The position numbers were made by a program, and so were the translations under genes. Below are positions 40,351 to 51,347 of a DNA stretch of 64,000 nt, piece after piece (the first letter of the stretch is position 1; each line of letters begins with the position of its first letter). The DNA comes from Fervidobacterium sp. (GTDB lineage: Bacteria; Thermotogota; Thermotogae; Thermotogales; Fervidobacteriaceae). The stretch is from positions 244,406-308,405 of the forward strand of contig JBMFNR010000002.1 in assembly GCA_049970055.1 (NCBI GenBank). The letters run 5' to 3'. The notes below the pieces were generated by a model. That model was given only the letters and a program-made list of their open reading frames with translations, was not told where the DNA came from and ran no database searches.

Positions 40351-41634
40351 ATGAAACTTAGTCAGATGGGCAACATTAAACCATTTGGACCACTGTATGA
40401 GAATGCTCAGAAACAGTTTTTGAAAGCAGCAGATCTTATGAACCTCGATCCAAACATAGGTAACTTCTTACTATGGCCACAAAGGATTTTGGAGGTACAC
40501 TTTCCAGTAGTAATGGATGATGGAAGAGTTGAAATATTCGAGGGTTACAGGGTTCAGCACAACACAGCAAGAGGACCAGCAAAGGGAGGTATCAGATACC
40601 ATCCAGACACAAACCTTGATGAAGTTGCATCGCTTGCATTTTGGATGACTTGGAAATGCGCTGTTATGAACTTACCATACGGTGGAGGTAAAGGTGGAGT
40701 TAGAGTTGACGTTACAAAGCTCTCAGAAAAAGAGCTTGAAAGACTGAGCAGAAGGTTCTTCTCAGAAATACAGATGATGGTAGGTCCACAAAAGGATATT
40801 CCTGCTCCAGATGTAAACACAAACGCAAAGATAATGGCATGGTACATGGACACGTACAGTATGAACGTGGGTTACACAGCGCTTGGCGTTGTTACTGGAA
40901 AACCACTTGACCTTGGTGGTTCTGACGGAAGACCAGAAGCAACGGGTAGAGGTGTCTCCATAGTTGCAAACGAAGCATGTAAAGCCCTTGGAAAGGATAT
41001 ATCGAAGGCAACCGTTGCGATACAAGGTTTTGGTAACGTAGGTTCCTACAGTGCAAAGATACTCTGTGAGGAATTTGGTGCAAAGGTCGTTGCGGTAAGC
41101 GATGTAAGTGGCGGATTGTACAACGAAAGCGGAATAGACATCAACGATTTAATTGCTTACAGAGACGCAAACAAAGGTCTAATCAAAGGTTATCCAAAGG
41201 CAAAACCAATAACAAATGAAGAACTCCTTGAACTTGATGTCGATATCCTTGTCCCGGCCGCACTTGAAAATGCAATAACAGAAAAGAATGCAAATAACAT
41301 AAAAGCAAAAATTATCGTTGAGGGTGCAAACGGTCCAACAACACCAGAGGCGGAAGAAATACTCATTAAGAAAGGTGTACTTATAGTTCCAGATATACTT
41401 GCGAATGCTGGTGGAGTTACGGTTTCCTACTTTGAATGGGTACAAGACCTACAAACATTCTTCTGGGACATTGACGATGTCAGGAAGAAATTAACGAAGA
41501 TGATGACCAATGCATTTGCAGAAGTTTACAAAACAAAAGAAAAGTACAACACAGACATGAGAACAGCTGCTTACATCGTTGCAATAGGCAGAGTTGCAAA
41601 CGCAGTAAAAGAAAGAGGATACTACCCAATGTAA
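40351..41634 (+). CDS. gdhA: Glutamate dehydrogenase
   Basis: GPAKGGIRYHP, GGGKGG, PAPDV, QGFGNVG, EGANGP; ATG at 40351 after GAGGAGG. Confidence 0.96.
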   Translation: MKLSQMGNIKPFGPLYENAQKQFLKAADLMNLDPNIGNFLLWPQRILEVHFPVVMDDGRVEIFEGYRVQHNTARGPAKGGIRYHPDTNLDEVASLAFWMTWKCAVMNLPYGGGKGGVRVDVTKLSEKELERLSRRFFSEIQMMVGPQKDIPAPDVNTNAKIMAWYMDTYSMNVGYTALGVVTGKPLDLGGSDGRPEATGRGVSIVANEACKALGKDISKATVAIQGFGNVGSYSAKILCEEFGAKVVAVSDVSGGLYNESGIDINDLIAYRDANKGLIKGYPKAKPITNEELLELDVDILVPAALENAITEKNANNIKAKIIVEGANGPTTPEAEEILIKKGVLIVPDILANAGGVTVSYFEWVQDLQTFFWDIDDVRKKLTKMMTNAFAEVYKTKEKYNTDMRTAAYIVAIGRVANAVKERGYYPM

Positions 41635-41696
41635 TTTACTTATGTAATCTGCAATACCTATAAAACATCAAGCACATCAAAAAACAAAAAAACATC

Positions 41697-41730
41697 TGGA
41701 GCCCCTGATTAAAAAGGGGCTCCAATTTTT
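41697..41730 (+). terminator. Intrinsic terminator after gdhA
   Basis: TGGAGCCCCT...AGGGGCTCCA then ATTTTT. Confidence 0.85.
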
Positions 41731-41800
41731 CAATAAGAAGTGCTATAATACATGTTAGAATAATTAGTAAAGCAAACTAATTTATCCGGAGGCGATTGTC

Positions 41801-43519
41801 TTGCTAAGAGAGTTTTTGAAAAAGCGTTGGCACTTTTACATCATGGGGATAATATCGCTTATTATTATTGATCTACTCCAACTTTTTGTACCAAAGTTCA
41901 TTGCAAAAGCTGTGAACACATTGCGAATGATTCAAGACATCAGTGAAATAAAAATCTTTGTCTGGTCCATCTTGGGGCTTGCATTTGGTATGCTTTTTGG
42001 TCGATTTTGGTGGCGGTATTTTATTATGGGAAGTGCACGATATTTCGACTACGATGCAAAGAAAAAACTTTTTGATAAAATTCTCAGTCTTGATATGTTC
42101 TTTTTTGACAAACATCGCTCAGGAGACATAATGGCTTACTTTACAAACGATATTTCAACTGTTGAAAGGATGCTTGGAATTGGTGTTGTGCAACTTACCG
42201 ATGCTGTTTTTATGAGCTTGATGACGATATTCTTCATGGTTACTTCAACTAACTGGAAGCTTACCTTAATTGCCCTGTCTCCTCTACCTGGGATCATAAT
42301 CATTTCCGCACTTTTTGGTAAGCTCATATTCAGACGATCAAGAAAAGTTCAGGATGTTTATTCTGATCTAAGTGGTTATACAGAAGAGACAGTGGACGGA
42401 ATAAGGATAATAAAGAGTTTTTCAATAATACCAAAAATAGAAGAACTCTTTGAAAAACGTGCTAGACAACACTTTGATGCTACGATTTCTTTGATACGTG
42501 TTTGGGGTGTTATGTGGCCGTTAGTTCACTTTATTGGAACGCTTGCATTTTTCTTAGCATTGACAGTGGGTGGACCTATGGTTGTAAAAGGTGTTGTTAC
42601 CCTTGGAGACTACATGGCGTTCAATAGTTACATTGGTATGCTCATTTGGCCACTCACGGCCTATGGAATGGTAATGAATGTAATTCAACAAGGTAGAGCT
42701 TCTCTCGAAAGGTTAAAGGAACTGCAAAGCGTAAATCCGCTTGTAGTTGAACATGAACATCCAAGAACACTTGAGCGTATTGAGATAATTGAAACGAATG
42801 GGTTATCATTTAAATATCCTGGTACAGATAGGTATGTTTTAAAAGATATTGACTTTACAGTTAAGAAGGGTCAATTCGTGGGAATTGTCGGAACAGTTGG
42901 TAGTGGTAAATCCACATTGGTTAAAATAATAAGTAAGTTTTATCCAGTGGAACGTGGTCAAGTTTTTATAAATGGCATCGATATAAATGATTTACACTCT
43001 AAGGATATAAGAAACTTAATATCTTATGTGCCGCAGGAGACATTTCTTTTCTCAAACTCGGTCAAAGAAAATGTTGCATTTGCCATGAAAGAGTATGATT
43101 TTGAGAAAGTTAAAGAAATGGTAAAATTATCTGCTATCGAAGAAGATGTTGAAAAATTCCCAGAAAAGTATGATACAATAGTAGGTCAGAGGGGAGTAAT
43201 GCTCTCTGGTGGTCAAAAGCAAAGGTTGACGATTGCCCGAGCTTTAATGCGTAAAGCGGATGTGTACATATTCGACGATTGTTTGTCAGCGGTTGACCCC
43301 GAGACAGAGCAAGAAATAATCGAAACACTAAGAACGAAGATGAAAGGTTCCACGATGATAATTATCACACACAGATTAAAAGTTTTGCAAAATGCTGATA
43401 TAATATATGTGTTAGACCAAGGAAGAATACTCGAAAAAGGTACACATTATGAATTGTTGGAAAACAAAGGACTTTACGCAAAAATGTACAAAAAGCAGTT
43501 GGTTATAAATGGCGATTAG
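41801..43519 (+). CDS. ABC exporter, fused permease/ATPase (MdlA/YheI-like)
   Basis: TM domain; GTVGSGKST, LSGGQKQR, IFDD, ITHR. Confidence 0.92.
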   Translation: MLREFLKKRWHFYIMGIISLIIIDLLQLFVPKFIAKAVNTLRMIQDISEIKIFVWSILGLAFGMLFGRFWWRYFIMGSARYFDYDAKKKLFDKILSLDMFFFDKHRSGDIMAYFTNDISTVERMLGIGVVQLTDAVFMSLMTIFFMVTSTNWKLTLIALSPLPGIIIISALFGKLIFRRSRKVQDVYSDLSGYTEETVDGIRIIKSFSIIPKIEELFEKRARQHFDATISLIRVWGVMWPLVHFIGTLAFFLALTVGGPMVVKGVVTLGDYMAFNSYIGMLIWPLTAYGMVMNVIQQGRASLERLKELQSVNPLVVEHEHPRTLERIEIIETNGLSFKYPGTDRYVLKDIDFTVKKGQFVGIVGTVGSGKSTLVKIISKFYPVERGQVFINGIDINDLHSKDIRNLISYVPQETFLFSNSVKENVAFAMKEYDFEKVKEMVKLSAIEEDVEKFPEKYDTIVGQRGVMLSGGQKQRLTIARALMRKADVYIFDDCLSAVDPETEQEIIETLRTKMKGSTMIIITHRLKVLQNADIIYVLDQGRILEKGTHYELLENKGLYAKMYKKQLVINGD

Positions 43520-43548
43520 TATTCAATAGTATTCAAGAGGGTGAAAAA

Positions 43549-45024
43549 TTGCAACTTGGATATTTTGTGACATTCATTTTGTTAATCGTAGGACTTTCCA
43601 TATCGGTTGCTCTAGCATTCAGTTTACGCAAAAAGGTGAGAGTGCTTGAAGAGGAAAAGCAAGAAGTTATAAGCGCAATAAGCATATTTGGTGCTCTTAA
43701 CGATCTGCAAGGTTTTGGTATTGCAATCTGGAGAAATGGAGAGCTTGTATACATCAATAGCAACATACTTAATCACGGCAAAGCTCTTGGGATTGATATC
43801 AGAGATAGAGCTCAAATCGAACACATGCTTGAACATCCAGAGCAGTACCTGACAATATACGACATATTAAAAGGTATTAAAGAGTACGAAAGCAAAAATG
43901 AAGATTTTACACAAACGTGGAGAAAAGAGCTTGGAAAAAGATATGTTGAAATTACATACATAGCAAAGATCCTTCCTGAAGGAAAAATCACAGCGCTAAT
44001 CTCTCAGGATATTTCACTTGAGTTTCAAAGCGTGGAAAAACGAGTTCTTAGCGAGCTAATATCTATATTTACCGAAGAATTATCTAAAGAAGAAGTGGTT
44101 ATTAAAGAAGTTGGAGATAGAATTAGAAACTTGTTAGTAAACTACGGTTTGATTGATACAATGGGAATAGCCCTTTTGGAGCCTGATGGGTACATACATT
44201 TTCCGTACTTAAAATACATTGATGAAGATGACAGAAGCGGTTTGAAAATTGAACCTGGCAATAAAACTTTAACAAGATTTGTTATAGACAGAGCAATGAA
44301 GGTGCACATAAGAAATAGTGAGAAAGAACAAGAGCTACTTGAGGGTTACAAACTTCTTAAAATCCGCGGAGAGGTTTTTACGATATATGCAGTACCGATC
44401 ATAAAGAAGACCATCACACGAGGAGCCGTACTTTTTCAAAAACAAGGTGAAGACCAGTTTTCAGATAATACCTTATCACTCTTTGATAAAATTACCGATA
44501 TAATAACTCTTTCATTGACATTCATAGATGTTCTGCAAGAAGTCAACACTGATAAAAGAAAATTATTCGAATTATCCATTAAAGATTATCTCACAGGTGC
44601 TTATAGTCGAAGATTTTTTGAGCAATACCTTGAAAAAGAGCTATTCAAGAGTAAAAGAACAAATTCGCCACTTTCTGTTGTTTTTCTTGATGTGGATTCT
44701 TTCAAGAAAATCAACGATACGTATGGTCATGTTTTTGGTGACAACATCCTGCGAACCTTAGTACGCACAGTAAATGAGACAATACGCTCTATGGATTTGT
44801 TAGCAAGATACGGTGGTGATGAATTTATCATCGTATTTCCAGAAACGACAATCGAGAAAGCTCAAAAGGTTATGGAACGTGTGGTAGAAAAACTATGGCA
44901 AAATCAAATAAGCATTTCCTATGGAATAATAGATGCTTCAAAATACGATTCGATAGAACATATATATAAAGAAGTTGATAAAAAGATGTACGAAATGAAG
45001 TTGATAAAAAGGTGTACGAAATGA
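43549..45024 (+). CDS. Membrane-anchored sensor diguanylate cyclase (GAF-like + GGDEF)
   Basis: N-terminal TM; DYLTG, FKKINDTYGH..GD, RSMD I-site, RYGGDEF. Confidence 0.9.
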   Translation: MQLGYFVTFILLIVGLSISVALAFSLRKKVRVLEEEKQEVISAISIFGALNDLQGFGIAIWRNGELVYINSNILNHGKALGIDIRDRAQIEHMLEHPEQYLTIYDILKGIKEYESKNEDFTQTWRKELGKRYVEITYIAKILPEGKITALISQDISLEFQSVEKRVLSELISIFTEELSKEEVVIKEVGDRIRNLLVNYGLIDTMGIALLEPDGYIHFPYLKYIDEDDRSGLKIEPGNKTLTRFVIDRAMKVHIRNSEKEQELLEGYKLLKIRGEVFTIYAVPIIKKTITRGAVLFQKQGEDQFSDNTLSLFDKITDIITLSLTFIDVLQEVNTDKRKLFELSIKDYLTGAYSRRFFEQYLEKELFKSKRTNSPLSVVFLDVDSFKKINDTYGHVFGDNILRTLVRTVNETIRSMDLLARYGGDEFIIVFPETTIEKAQKVMERVVEKLWQNQISISYGIIDASKYDSIEHIYKEVDKKMYEMKLIKRCTK

Positions 45025-45067
45025 AAAGGCACATAAAGGAAAATTAATATAATGGCTGGGGGTTTTT

Positions 45068-47092
45068 ATGAATTATAAGAACTCGCGGATTTTTATCTTA
45101 ATAGTGATAACATTGGTTATCACTATGTTTTTTTCTTGTACTAAAAATGCCAGCTCAGATTCTTTCCGTGATAGACAGACTTACGAGGCACAAGAAAAAC
45201 AACAAAAAAGGATAATCATCGGCTATGAAAAATACGATAAAGCTTTGATGTTTTCAAACCTTTTGGGTGGGGAAGTAGTTTTGCACATTCCGGAGCTTAA
45301 AGTTCTTTCCATTGAAGTAGAAGATACCGCAGAAAAAGTAATCCAAAGGGCTATGGAGAACGACGATTTCTCAAAATACAACATTCGATATATTGAACCT
45401 GTACAAAATCGATACCTTGAGCCCGAATGTGAAGATGTTCCAGGTTTGAAAAGTGTGAAAGACTTAAAAGACTTGAAAGTGAATATTTCCGAGTTTGTGT
45501 ATAATAGCTATGAAAATTACACAGGTGAATCTCTCGATCTTTATCTTTGGAACCACCGTGTGGTGGGTATTAAGGATGCTTGGGACAATGGATACAACGG
45601 AGAAGGAATCGTAATTGCTGTTTTGGATACGGGAGTGGATGGAACGAACCCAGATTTGGAAGGCCAGGTTACGATAGGTTACAGACCGAAGTACGACGAA
45701 ATTTTGCCAGAGGAAACTGATTCTTCCTACGGTGGATCTCATGGTACCCATGTAGCAGGTATAATTGCGGCAAAAAAAGACGGGGTAGGTATCGTCGGAG
45801 TGGCTCCAAGGTCGAAGATAATGCCGATTGTTATTTTTGAAGCGAATGGAGCTTACGTTGGTGATGATTACACTGCGAGAGGTATCGTCTGGGCAGTTGA
45901 ACATGGGGCGAAGGTGCTTAGTAATTCGTGGGGAGGTTACGGCTATTCCCAGGTTTTAAAAGATGCTTTTGACTACGCTCTCAATAGTGGAGTAACAGTA
46001 GTAGTTGCGGCGGGCAATTCCACAGCTTCCCAAACTTTTCAATATCCGGCCAACTACCCCGGGATAATACAAGTGGGAGCTGCGGAATTCAATGGTGGAA
46101 ACGTAAGGACTGCGAATTTTTCAAGTGGTAGTCCCATGATCACACTTTCCGCGCCTGGTCGAAATATCCTCTCAACCATGCCACAATATGGTTCAAAGGG
46201 GTACACTGGCGATTCCTTCAAGATAAATGAAAATGGTGGCTATTACGGGTTTATGTCTGGTACTTCAATGGCCACACCGTATGTAGCCGGGCTGGTCGCT
46301 CTGATATTGCAAAAATATCCAACCGCAAAGCCTTGGCAAGTTAGAAAAATATTGGAAAAAAGTGCGAAAGACATTGATTTTGTTGGTATAGACGACAGAT
46401 CGGGATACGGACTTGCACAAGCCAAGGCACTTGACGAAACACTTCCAATTACTGGAGGATCGAACTTCGTAGTGAATATTAGTGATCATTATGGTCTTTG
46501 GAAGATACCTGGCGTTTACGTTTCACTTGTAGGTACATCCGATGATGGTAGGTTTGTTAGGTACTTTTCGAAAACAAACAAAGATGGACAAGCAAAATTT
46601 TTGGGCATTGATGAAGGAACGTACGATATATTTGTCGGCGGACCTGATAGTTTTGAAAGCAGTAGGGGTCTATCAAAGGAGTGTTATAGGGTTCAAGAAG
46701 AGAGATATTACTCATTCGCTAAAAAGATAAGAAACGAAGACGAAAGCTTAGATGTCCATTTCAATTCGATGGCTTTCGTAACGTTTGACAGCACTTCATA
46801 TAAACCAAAAAGAATCGTTTTTCAGAACGTAACAAAGCCTGCAACAGATTCCGAAGCTTTTATTTACGTTGATTTTTCTTCATTAACATCGTACGATTTC
46901 TCGAAACTCAGTGGTAAGTATAACATTTTTGCTCAGATAGATCAACCAGCTACAAATGACATCACTTTAAGTGGCAAAGTTATTTTGAATGGTTTTGAAA
47001 TACCCATTTCAGGTACCATAACCAAAGGTGAGTTAGAAACGCAATTAAAAGATAAAATAGGGAAATGGTGGACGGTGTTTGGGAATGATTAA
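45068..47092 (+). CDS. S8 subtilase lipoprotein, fervidolysin paralog (module A)
   Basis: Lipobox FFSC; triad VLDTG / SHGTHVAG / GTSMA; AAGN; C-terminus WWTVFG. Confidence 0.93.
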   Translation: MNYKNSRIFILIVITLVITMFFSCTKNASSDSFRDRQTYEAQEKQQKRIIIGYEKYDKALMFSNLLGGEVVLHIPELKVLSIEVEDTAEKVIQRAMENDDFSKYNIRYIEPVQNRYLEPECEDVPGLKSVKDLKDLKVNISEFVYNSYENYTGESLDLYLWNHRVVGIKDAWDNGYNGEGIVIAVLDTGVDGTNPDLEGQVTIGYRPKYDEILPEETDSSYGGSHGTHVAGIIAAKKDGVGIVGVAPRSKIMPIVIFEANGAYVGDDYTARGIVWAVEHGAKVLSNSWGGYGYSQVLKDAFDYALNSGVTVVVAAGNSTASQTFQYPANYPGIIQVGAAEFNGGNVRTANFSSGSPMITLSAPGRNILSTMPQYGSKGYTGDSFKINENGGYYGFMSGTSMATPYVAGLVALILQKYPTAKPWQVRKILEKSAKDIDFVGIDDRSGYGLAQAKALDETLPITGGSNFVVNISDHYGLWKIPGVYVSLVGTSDDGRFVRYFSKTNKDGQAKFLGIDEGTYDIFVGGPDSFESSRGLSKECYRVQEERYYSFAKKIRNEDESLDVHFNSMAFVTFDSTSYKPKRIVFQNVTKPATDSEAFIYVDFSSLTSYDFSKLSGKYNIFAQIDQPATNDITLSGKVILNGFEIPISGTITKGELETQLKDKIGKWWTVFGND

Positions 47093-48656
47093 ATCTTTAA
47101 AGAATGCCCGCTTGATTTATGTACAAACTTTTTTAACACATTTTTTACTTCTTTTACTGCTCTTATCAGTTCTATCTTCATGTGGACTTTTTATAGTAAA
47201 ACCCATATATATAAAATTGATAATTACCGAATACAACTCCGGTCCCGTGGTTACTAATGCAGATGTTTTGTTGTACGAAAACGGAGAAATGATTACCAGT
47301 GCAAAATCCAACTCACAGGGCTTTGTTACTTTCAATAACCTTCAAGTAAATAACGCCTACAAGATTATTATTCGCAAAGAAGGACATTCATTTACGATAA
47401 TCGATATTACTAATTTGCAAAGTCCGCTGGAATTAAATACAACGCTTAGGAAAGCAAAATTCTTAGCAAGTGTAGAAAATAATATATCAATCGATTTCGA
47501 ACTATACGATAGTTACGAAAAAAACACAAAATTTTCTTTAAACAAGTCTGGAATCTACGAAATCCCATACAATGATATATTGTACATCGAAGCAACAGCC
47601 ACATACTCTACTTTGCCCATCTCAACATTTTACGCCAAATTAGGCAACGTACCAGGCTCTCAAGCGCTTACCATGCCGAGATTGTATTCACCCACGAACA
47701 CATTAAATGGTGAGCTTCAAATACCGTTGGAAAGTGGGCTAACCTACTTATTTTTCGATTGCTACGATGAAAATGACAACCGATACGAGAAGATAATACC
47801 GTTAAAAGTAGAAACTTACCTTAATATTGGTACGAAAAAGTACATCGTTGAACCTCAAAAACCTGGCGTACTGGCGTACCATTTAAATACATCCATCGAA
47901 TATTACCGAGCATCGGAAAAAATATTAGAGGAAAGTGATGAAAAGACTGTAGGAAAGACTAACAAATATATTATCGTTCGATGGAAAAAATGGGAAAATA
48001 GCGGTCAGCGCAAGGTAACAGACAAACCGACTGCTTATCGAATCTATCGTTCGTATGATGGAAAACACTTTTCAAAGATAGCCACTGTACCAAACAATTA
48101 CGATTACTTCATAGATACTTCCGCTCAAAATTTGATAGGAAGGCGAGTTTGGTATGCAGTAAATAGTGTTTACGGCTCCATTGAAACACAGAAAGTAAAT
48201 ATTGGAAGTACGCTCATACTACCACTTGTGAGTATAGAAGATATTGAACCTTCGGATGGTGCAATGAGTGTATCGACCAGACCTGTATTTTCTTGGAAGT
48301 TCACAGGGCTTGAAGAGTATGAAAATATAGAGTACTGGTACGAAATCTGGATTTACGATCTAACAATCAACGATATGTATTACTATCCTTTAGATGAGTT
48401 TGGTGGGCGTAAGATTTTTAAATCCAAAGACCCAAATGTATCGATAAGATTTGAAGATTTCCAATGGAACGGATTACCACACAACCAACTGCAGTCCAAT
48501 AAACCGTACGAATGGGCACCCGAACTTGCCGCTGGAGTATACGTAGATATTAAGAATAATTCAGTATCTTTATCTATTCTTTCCGATTACAATTTCGTTT
48601 TAGCTCCGGTGATGTTTCCTCCTGAAAAATATTATTTATTTATTACAGGAGAGTAG
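47085..48656 (+). CDS. Uncharacterised lipoprotein, S8 protease partner (module A)
   Basis: Lipobox LSSC; collinear similarity to the C-terminal ~500 aa of 57850..60258; start overlaps the protease stop. Confidence 0.8.
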   Translation: MIKSLKNARLIYVQTFLTHFLLLLLLLSVLSSCGLFIVKPIYIKLIITEYNSGPVVTNADVLLYENGEMITSAKSNSQGFVTFNNLQVNNAYKIIIRKEGHSFTIIDITNLQSPLELNTTLRKAKFLASVENNISIDFELYDSYEKNTKFSLNKSGIYEIPYNDILYIEATATYSTLPISTFYAKLGNVPGSQALTMPRLYSPTNTLNGELQIPLESGLTYLFFDCYDENDNRYEKIIPLKVETYLNIGTKKYIVEPQKPGVLAYHLNTSIEYYRASEKILEESDEKTVGKTNKYIIVRWKKWENSGQRKVTDKPTAYRIYRSYDGKHFSKIATVPNNYDYFIDTSAQNLIGRRVWYAVNSVYGSIETQKVNIGSTLILPLVSIEDIEPSDGAMSVSTRPVFSWKFTGLEEYENIEYWYEIWIYDLTINDMYYYPLDEFGGRKIFKSKDPNVSIRFEDFQWNGLPHNQLQSNKPYEWAPELAAGVYVDIKNNSVSLSILSDYNFVLAPVMFPPEKYYLFITGE

Positions 48657-48693
48657 TTTACGTTCACTTTTCATTCTCCACGCTCTTTTTATC

Positions 48694-50370
48694 TTACTTT
48701 ACTACACCCAAGACAAAGAGTCTTATAGTATTCGACTTTGTAGGTGTTCCATACGGCTGATAAGCTCCGGTAACTATTCGCGGGTCGTAAACATAAGTTT
48801 TGTAATAGCCAGTTACGGTCTGACCTGTCATCGAATTGAAAGTTCCGACTGCTCCACGGATATTCTGCATGATACTACCAAAGACAAGCAACTGACCTGT
48901 TGGTGATCCAGAATCGTATCCTTGTAATCCGAAAGAACCATCGAAAGCGAATATACTTGCAAAAATTTTCATATTCTCAAGCTTTTGAGCGATAGTTACG
49001 TTATTCATCGCAACGATGTTCAAAGATGACGTTTCGCTTGTTGAAACAAAATTTTTTATCTGCTGAACTCCAGATTGGCTTACCACGTTACCATTGTTAC
49101 CATGTTCGCTTGCGGTGAAGAAATTTTGATAAGTTTGGTAAGGAATAATCCTATCTTTTATACTCACATCTTTTTCCGAGAATAAAGTATAATTGCCATT
49201 GTAAGTTGATAGTGCAGTTGGTCCATCGACTGTTAGATTATCTGTCGAATAAATCACGCCGTTGAATTTAAAAGTGAACTCCTCTGTTTGTCCCCGTAAC
49301 ATTTGTTTTCTTATTTTTGCATCTGGCGGTTTTGGATTCCACGTGATTATATAATCGACGTTTCCTTGTGATATTTTGACCTCGTAATTTGAACCACTCT
49401 GTCCATGGTTGAAACTAACTTGTATTGGTCCTGTGAATTTCAATCCACTTAAGATGTTGGGATTGATTTTTACTTCATCGTAGGTTTTTACAACATTACT
49501 TAAAGAGCTTTTGTATTCGTTTTTTATCACATTAAAATCAAGAGAACTGACATCTTGTGAAGTAAGAATTTTGTACGGCGGATTTCCCTGTAAATTTGCA
49601 TAATCAAGGTAATTTTGAGGTTGAACTATATTACCTCTCGCATCTTTTATTCCTAAAACCTCAATCGTACTGAGAAATGTTGGCTTTCCACCCGCGGGGT
49701 TTATATTAATATAATCATGACTTCTCAGAGGGCCATCAATTAATTCACCGGCTTTGAAGAATATTCTTTGTGATGTAGATATACTCTCTTTATTTGTGAA
49801 ATAAGCATATTGATTGAGAAGTTTTGAACCAACAATACCATATGAGTAAACTGAAATTCCATTTTTTTCCGTGCGAGAAATTAAAAAGACCTGCAATTGG
49901 TTGATTCTAAACGCGTACAACTCAATAGAAGACAATCCTCTTTCAAGCTTATAACTTGAAATTTCATCTCGAAGAAGATTGTCTGCAAAATAGCTTTCCG
50001 AAGTGGTAAGTGAAACAATTTTGAATGTAGCATTTTTCTGAACATTTTGATTTACAAACGATCTCCACTGATCGTTTAATTTATTGAGAAAATCGCTATT
50101 GTACCAACTTGGTGTGTTAGGTGAGAAAGTAATGGTAAATCCAAGCAAACCAGCGCTCTTTGCTTTCAAAAAGCCTACCCCAACATTGAGGATATTGAGT
50201 GCATCGGTATCTAATTGTGTTTGTAAACGCATTTTTATTGCGCTATTTCTGTAATTTCCAACAATTTCATAGATCGATAACAGTAAGATGCTGGATATCG
50301 CAAGAAATATCAATACAATAGCTGTTGCAAACCCTCTCCTGTTACATTTATTATTATTACAACTCATCAT
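48694..50370 (-). CDS. PilX/GspK-position large minor pilin (ComZ/DUF4900-like)
   Basis: RRG|FATAIVL leader without E5; YAYFTN...IDGPLRSH; GSIMQN.RGAVGTF...TGY.K.YVYDPR. Confidence 0.7.
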   Translation of the reverse strand: MMSCNNNKCNRRGFATAIVLIFLAISSILLLSIYEIVGNYRNSAIKMRLQTQLDTDALNILNVGVGFLKAKSAGLLGFTITFSPNTPSWYNSDFLNKLNDQWRSFVNQNVQKNATFKIVSLTTSESYFADNLLRDEISSYKLERGLSSIELYAFRINQLQVFLISRTEKNGISVYSYGIVGSKLLNQYAYFTNKESISTSQRIFFKAGELIDGPLRSHDYININPAGGKPTFLSTIEVLGIKDARGNIVQPQNYLDYANLQGNPPYKILTSQDVSSLDFNVIKNEYKSSLSNVVKTYDEVKINPNILSGLKFTGPIQVSFNHGQSGSNYEVKISQGNVDYIITWNPKPPDAKIRKQMLRGQTEEFTFKFNGVIYSTDNLTVDGPTALSTYNGNYTLFSEKDVSIKDRIIPYQTYQNFFTASEHGNNGNVVSQSGVQQIKNFVSTSETSSLNIVAMNNVTIAQKLENMKIFASIFAFDGSFGLQGYDSGSPTGQLLVFGSIMQNIRGAVGTFNSMTGQTVTGYYKTYVYDPRIVTGAYQPYGTPTKSNTIRLFVLGVVK

Positions 50371-50426
50371 CAATCCCCCCTCACTGTATCTTAACATTCC
50401 ATAAGAACACGTAATTTTCGCGACAT

Positions 50427-50894
50427 TCAGCTTGCCTCGCTTAGGGCGGTAAGTAAAGGCACTGTATACACTTTAAATTTTTCAAATTTCGGTTCGATAG
50501 TCAAAATTATATATTTTTTACCACCGATCTGACTTAAAGAGAACCTAACAGATTTAACAACTAAGCTAATATCTGTAATCTTCTTACCATCGTAAATCAA
50601 AGCACCATTTTCAACTTTCAATACCTTTGACTGCTTTATCACAGTGCTTTGCGATGGTGTAAAGTAATCAAGCGTAATTGAATTTTTAGATACTGCAATT
50701 TCATTTGTCCAAACACTATTTGTTAAGAACATATCTATGATATTCGTTAATCTCTGAGCTTCCGAGTAAAATTCTGTATATAGTCTTTGTTGATCAAGTA
50801 CTCTCAACGTTACATCGAATATTAGCGCAAGCATCCCAAAAATTATTACAAAGACAACCATACTTGCTATTAAACCGGGAATCGTTAAATCCAT
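50427..50894 (-). CDS. PilW/GspJ-position pilin-like protein
   Basis: N-terminal hydrophobic helix; lies between the PilV-like and PilX-like genes; SD GAGGTG. Confidence 0.55.
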   Translation of the reverse strand: MDLTIPGLIASMVVFVIIFGMLALIFDVTLRVLDQQRLYTEFYSEAQRLTNIIDMFLTNSVWTNEIAVSKNSITLDYFTPSQSTVIKQSKVLKVENGALIYDGKKITDISLVVKSVRFSLSQIGGKKYIILTIEPKFEKFKVYTVPLLTALSEAS

Positions 50895-50916
50895 ACGATC
50901 ACCTCATTAGGTAATA

Positions 50917-51288
50917 TTAATTCGTTGGTTTGTATTTGTACACGGTGAAAACTTGAAACTTACCCGGTGCGTATTCGATTGTAAAGACAAACTTATCAAA
51001 ATAAGTACCAACCGAGGAAGCGGTTACTCGACTAACTCGCGGGTAATTGTTAGAAGAGGATCCGTAAAAAGCGCTGTTTACATCGCTAACAACGTTTGTG
51101 AAATCGGTTTGAATGTAAACCCAGCGGGCGATAAAATTTTGAAGTTCTGTCACTTTTTGGAAGTTCTGCAACACAACAACAGAACTAATCGCAGAAGAAA
51201 GCCCATACGCTATTACGGTAAATACTATTGATATAAGAAGAATTGCAACTACTGATTCTGTCAATGTGAAACCTTCCCTTAATTTCAT
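50917..51288 (-). CDS. Prepilin-type N-terminal cleavage/methylation protein (PilV-like)
   Basis: MKLREG|FTLTESVVAILLISIV with E5; ATG 5 nt after GAGGTGA. Confidence 0.85.
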   Translation of the reverse strand: MKLREGFTLTESVVAILLISIVFTVIAYGLSSAISSVVVLQNFQKVTELQNFIARWVYIQTDFTNVVSDVNSAFYGSSSNNYPRVSRVTASSVGTYFDKFVFTIEYAPGKFQVFTVYKYKPTN

Positions 51289-51320
51289 CATTCTCACCTC
51301 TGATGTTTTTCTCTCTACAC

Positions 51321-51347
51321 TAAATATTAGACAAATAAAGGCGATAA
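51321..51347 (+). promoter_or_regulatory. Putative sigma28 (FliA) promoter
   Basis: TAAA-15 bp-GGCGATAA versus consensus TAAA-N15-GCCGATAA. Confidence 0.55.

Noticed and set aside
43517..43536. TAGTATTCAA x2 tandem duplication at the ABC exporter stop
   Set aside because: Only two copies, including the stop codon; most simply a neutral slippage duplication
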